Of a DNA stretch of 64,000 nt, positions 62,892-64,000 are shown one piece after another. Both the position numbers and the translations under genes were made by a program. Location: the NCBI GenBank assembly GCA_964645535.1, contig CAZYCQ010000008.1:3013-67012 (forward strand), given 5' to 3'. Numbering within the stretch: the first letter of the stretch is position 1; each line of letters opens with the position of its first letter. Source of the stretch: an uncultured archaeon. GTDB lineage: Archaea > Asgardarchaeota > Heimdallarchaeia > Heimdallarchaeales > Kariarchaeaceae. Below the pieces are notes generated by a model that made no database searches, was not told the DNA's origin, and saw only the letters and a list, made by a program, of their open reading frames with translations.

Positions 62892-62987
62892 TTTTCATTG
62901 TTTTGGAAACAGACTTTTTGAAAAGTCCATTTATGATCCTTTTCTGTTTAGCAGAAATTTAATAATGAGTGAGTTGAAGGAAATAAC

Positions 62988-64000
62988 ATGGCGGAACCCA
63001 CGGATGTAAGCCTATACATCCGAAGACTGCAAGTAATTTCTCAGGACGGATTGACAATCTATCACTATCCAGATACCTTCAAGAAAAATCCACAATTGAT
63101 TTCAGGGATGCTCTCCGCCGTCTTCCTATTTATCAAGGAAGAATATGGGGGAAATGTCAAATCCATCATGCTTTCAGATCGGAAGATCAATTTCATAAGA
63201 TATGGGAATTATCTCATAATCCTAGAACTAGAAACATTTGTTGATGAGGGATGCACACAGATTTTCTTTGATTACCTTTTGGATCTCATGAAACCGGTTT
63301 TTGATAAGGCAAAGTCGGACTACAATCTTGCCATTACCCTTTTGGAAAGTATTGACCTAGGGCAGATATTCAGCTATGAACGGCAACTAGAGATTCTTAT
63401 GAGACATGAAGTGCCAAGAGCATTGCAGGATGCATTTATCTTGATGCGAAGAAACAAGATAGAGATAAAACACACAGGAAACTGGTCTGCAAAGGCCATA
63501 GCTCGCTTCAAGGAACTGTTCGACAATAGGGATCAATTTGAAGCAATGAACATTGGAAAGGCGGAAGATGGAAGTTTTCAGACATTGATAAGTGATTCCA
63601 CCACCAAAGCGGGGGTACTTTTCTTGTACCTACCCACTTATTCTTTTCAACTTTTAATCGCATTGCCTGAAAAGAGGGATAGCCTGTTGCTAAATATAGA
63701 GACTGGATTGAAAAATCTGTTTAGCTATCTTTTTGAGATGTATCCTCAAATCGATCTGGAAAAGATCAAGGAATATTTGCTTTCATTACGATTTCCCATA
63801 GAGATTAAGCATGACCATGAGTCTCAGGAAAATACGTTCAAAGAACAGATTCCAGACATGAACCCCATTAAGTTCGGAGTTCTAGCATTTGAGTTGCTTG
63901 GCAGTGACCTAGCAGTGGCAGTTGAGAGAGTTTTTACAGGAGAAAAGGTCGCAATTGTATGTGGAGAAATCGCTGCGTTTGCCATTAAGACATTGTTTCA
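62988..64000 (+). CDS. partial CDS (runs off the window): protein with at least two tandem longin/roadblock-like modules
   Basis: ATG 62988, open to position 64000 by my own translation; it is absent from the ORF track because it has no stop. Module 1 is LYIRRLQVISQDGLTIYHYPDTFKKNPQLISGMLSAVFLFIKEEYGGNVKSIMLSDRKINFIRYGNYLIILE. A second similar unit lies around AGVLFLYLPTYSFQLLIALPEKRDSLLLNIETGLKNLFSYLFE. Confidence 0.55.
   Translation, partial: MAEPTDVSLYIRRLQVISQDGLTIYHYPDTFKKNPQLISGMLSAVFLFIKEEYGGNVKSIMLSDRKINFIRYGNYLIILELETFVDEGCTQIFFDYLLDLMKPVFDKAKSDYNLAITLLESIDLGQIFSYERQLEILMRHEVPRALQDAFILMRRNKIEIKHTGNWSAKAIARFKELFDNRDQFEAMNIGKAEDGSFQTLISDSTTKAGVLFLYLPTYSFQLLIALPEKRDSLLLNIETGLKNLFSYLFEMYPQIDLEKIKEYLLSLRFPIEIKHDHESQENTFKEQIPDMNPIKFGVLAFELLGSDLAVAVERVFTGEKVAIVCGEIAAFAIKTLF

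Noticed and set aside
1-64000. Search for tRNA, rRNA, CRISPR arrays, integrases or transposases
   Set aside because: I found no GTTCGAATC/GTTCAAATC-type T-arm contexts with acceptor stems. There are no rRNA-like conserved blocks, no spaced direct repeats, and no integrase or transposase motifs in any long ORF. A by-eye scan cannot exclude small ncRNAs.

Overview
Gene-dense 64-kb window with about 56 protein-coding genes. I found no rRNA, tRNA, CRISPR array or IS element by eye. G+C is roughly 40% by eye, with a visibly more A+T-rich stretch at about 24.7-34.3 kb. All calls rest on motif recognition in the supplied translations; no searches were run.

Housekeeping anchors:
- valS, and thrB and thrC split by a Dam-like methyltransferase
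- a fold-type-II PLP threonine dehydratase-like enzyme, Tag glycosylase, oligopeptidase B
- a TusA/DsrE/SQR sulfur-relay cluster, and a geranylgeranyl-reductase plus MenA/UbiA-fusion operon

Secreted or anchored enzymes:
- GH13 amylase, S1/P1-type nuclease, M1 peptidase
- a 1089-aa LTD-EEP-FN3 surface protein

Likely source: an uncultured archaeon, possibly Asgard-like. Supporting this are a DUF99/EndoV-like protein, TATA-like boxes about 25 nt upstream of first genes with SD sites only inside operons, two eukaryote-like LRR proteins, and many longin/roadblock-like modules. This is unproven, and several genes look bacterial in type: ValRS with a C-terminal coiled coil, RNase III, and a Uma2-like protein.

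Most interesting candidates:
1. 52.8-58.4 kb (continuing at 63-64 kb): a minus-strand operon of paralogous multi-module longin/roadblock-like scaffold proteins with an embedded class-3 lipase.
2. 34.4-41.1 kb: a tightly coupled four-gene operon. It encodes two large anchored surface proteins (SBBP beta-propeller or FG-GAP-like, each with thrombospondin-type-3 Ca-binding repeats) and two polytopic membrane proteins.
3. 24.7-34.3 kb: an A+T-rich accessory stretch. It holds a membrane protein with a clan-CD (caspase-like) His/Cys signature, a frameshifted DEDDh exonuclease, an EndoV-like operon and a membrane-tethered wHTH protein.
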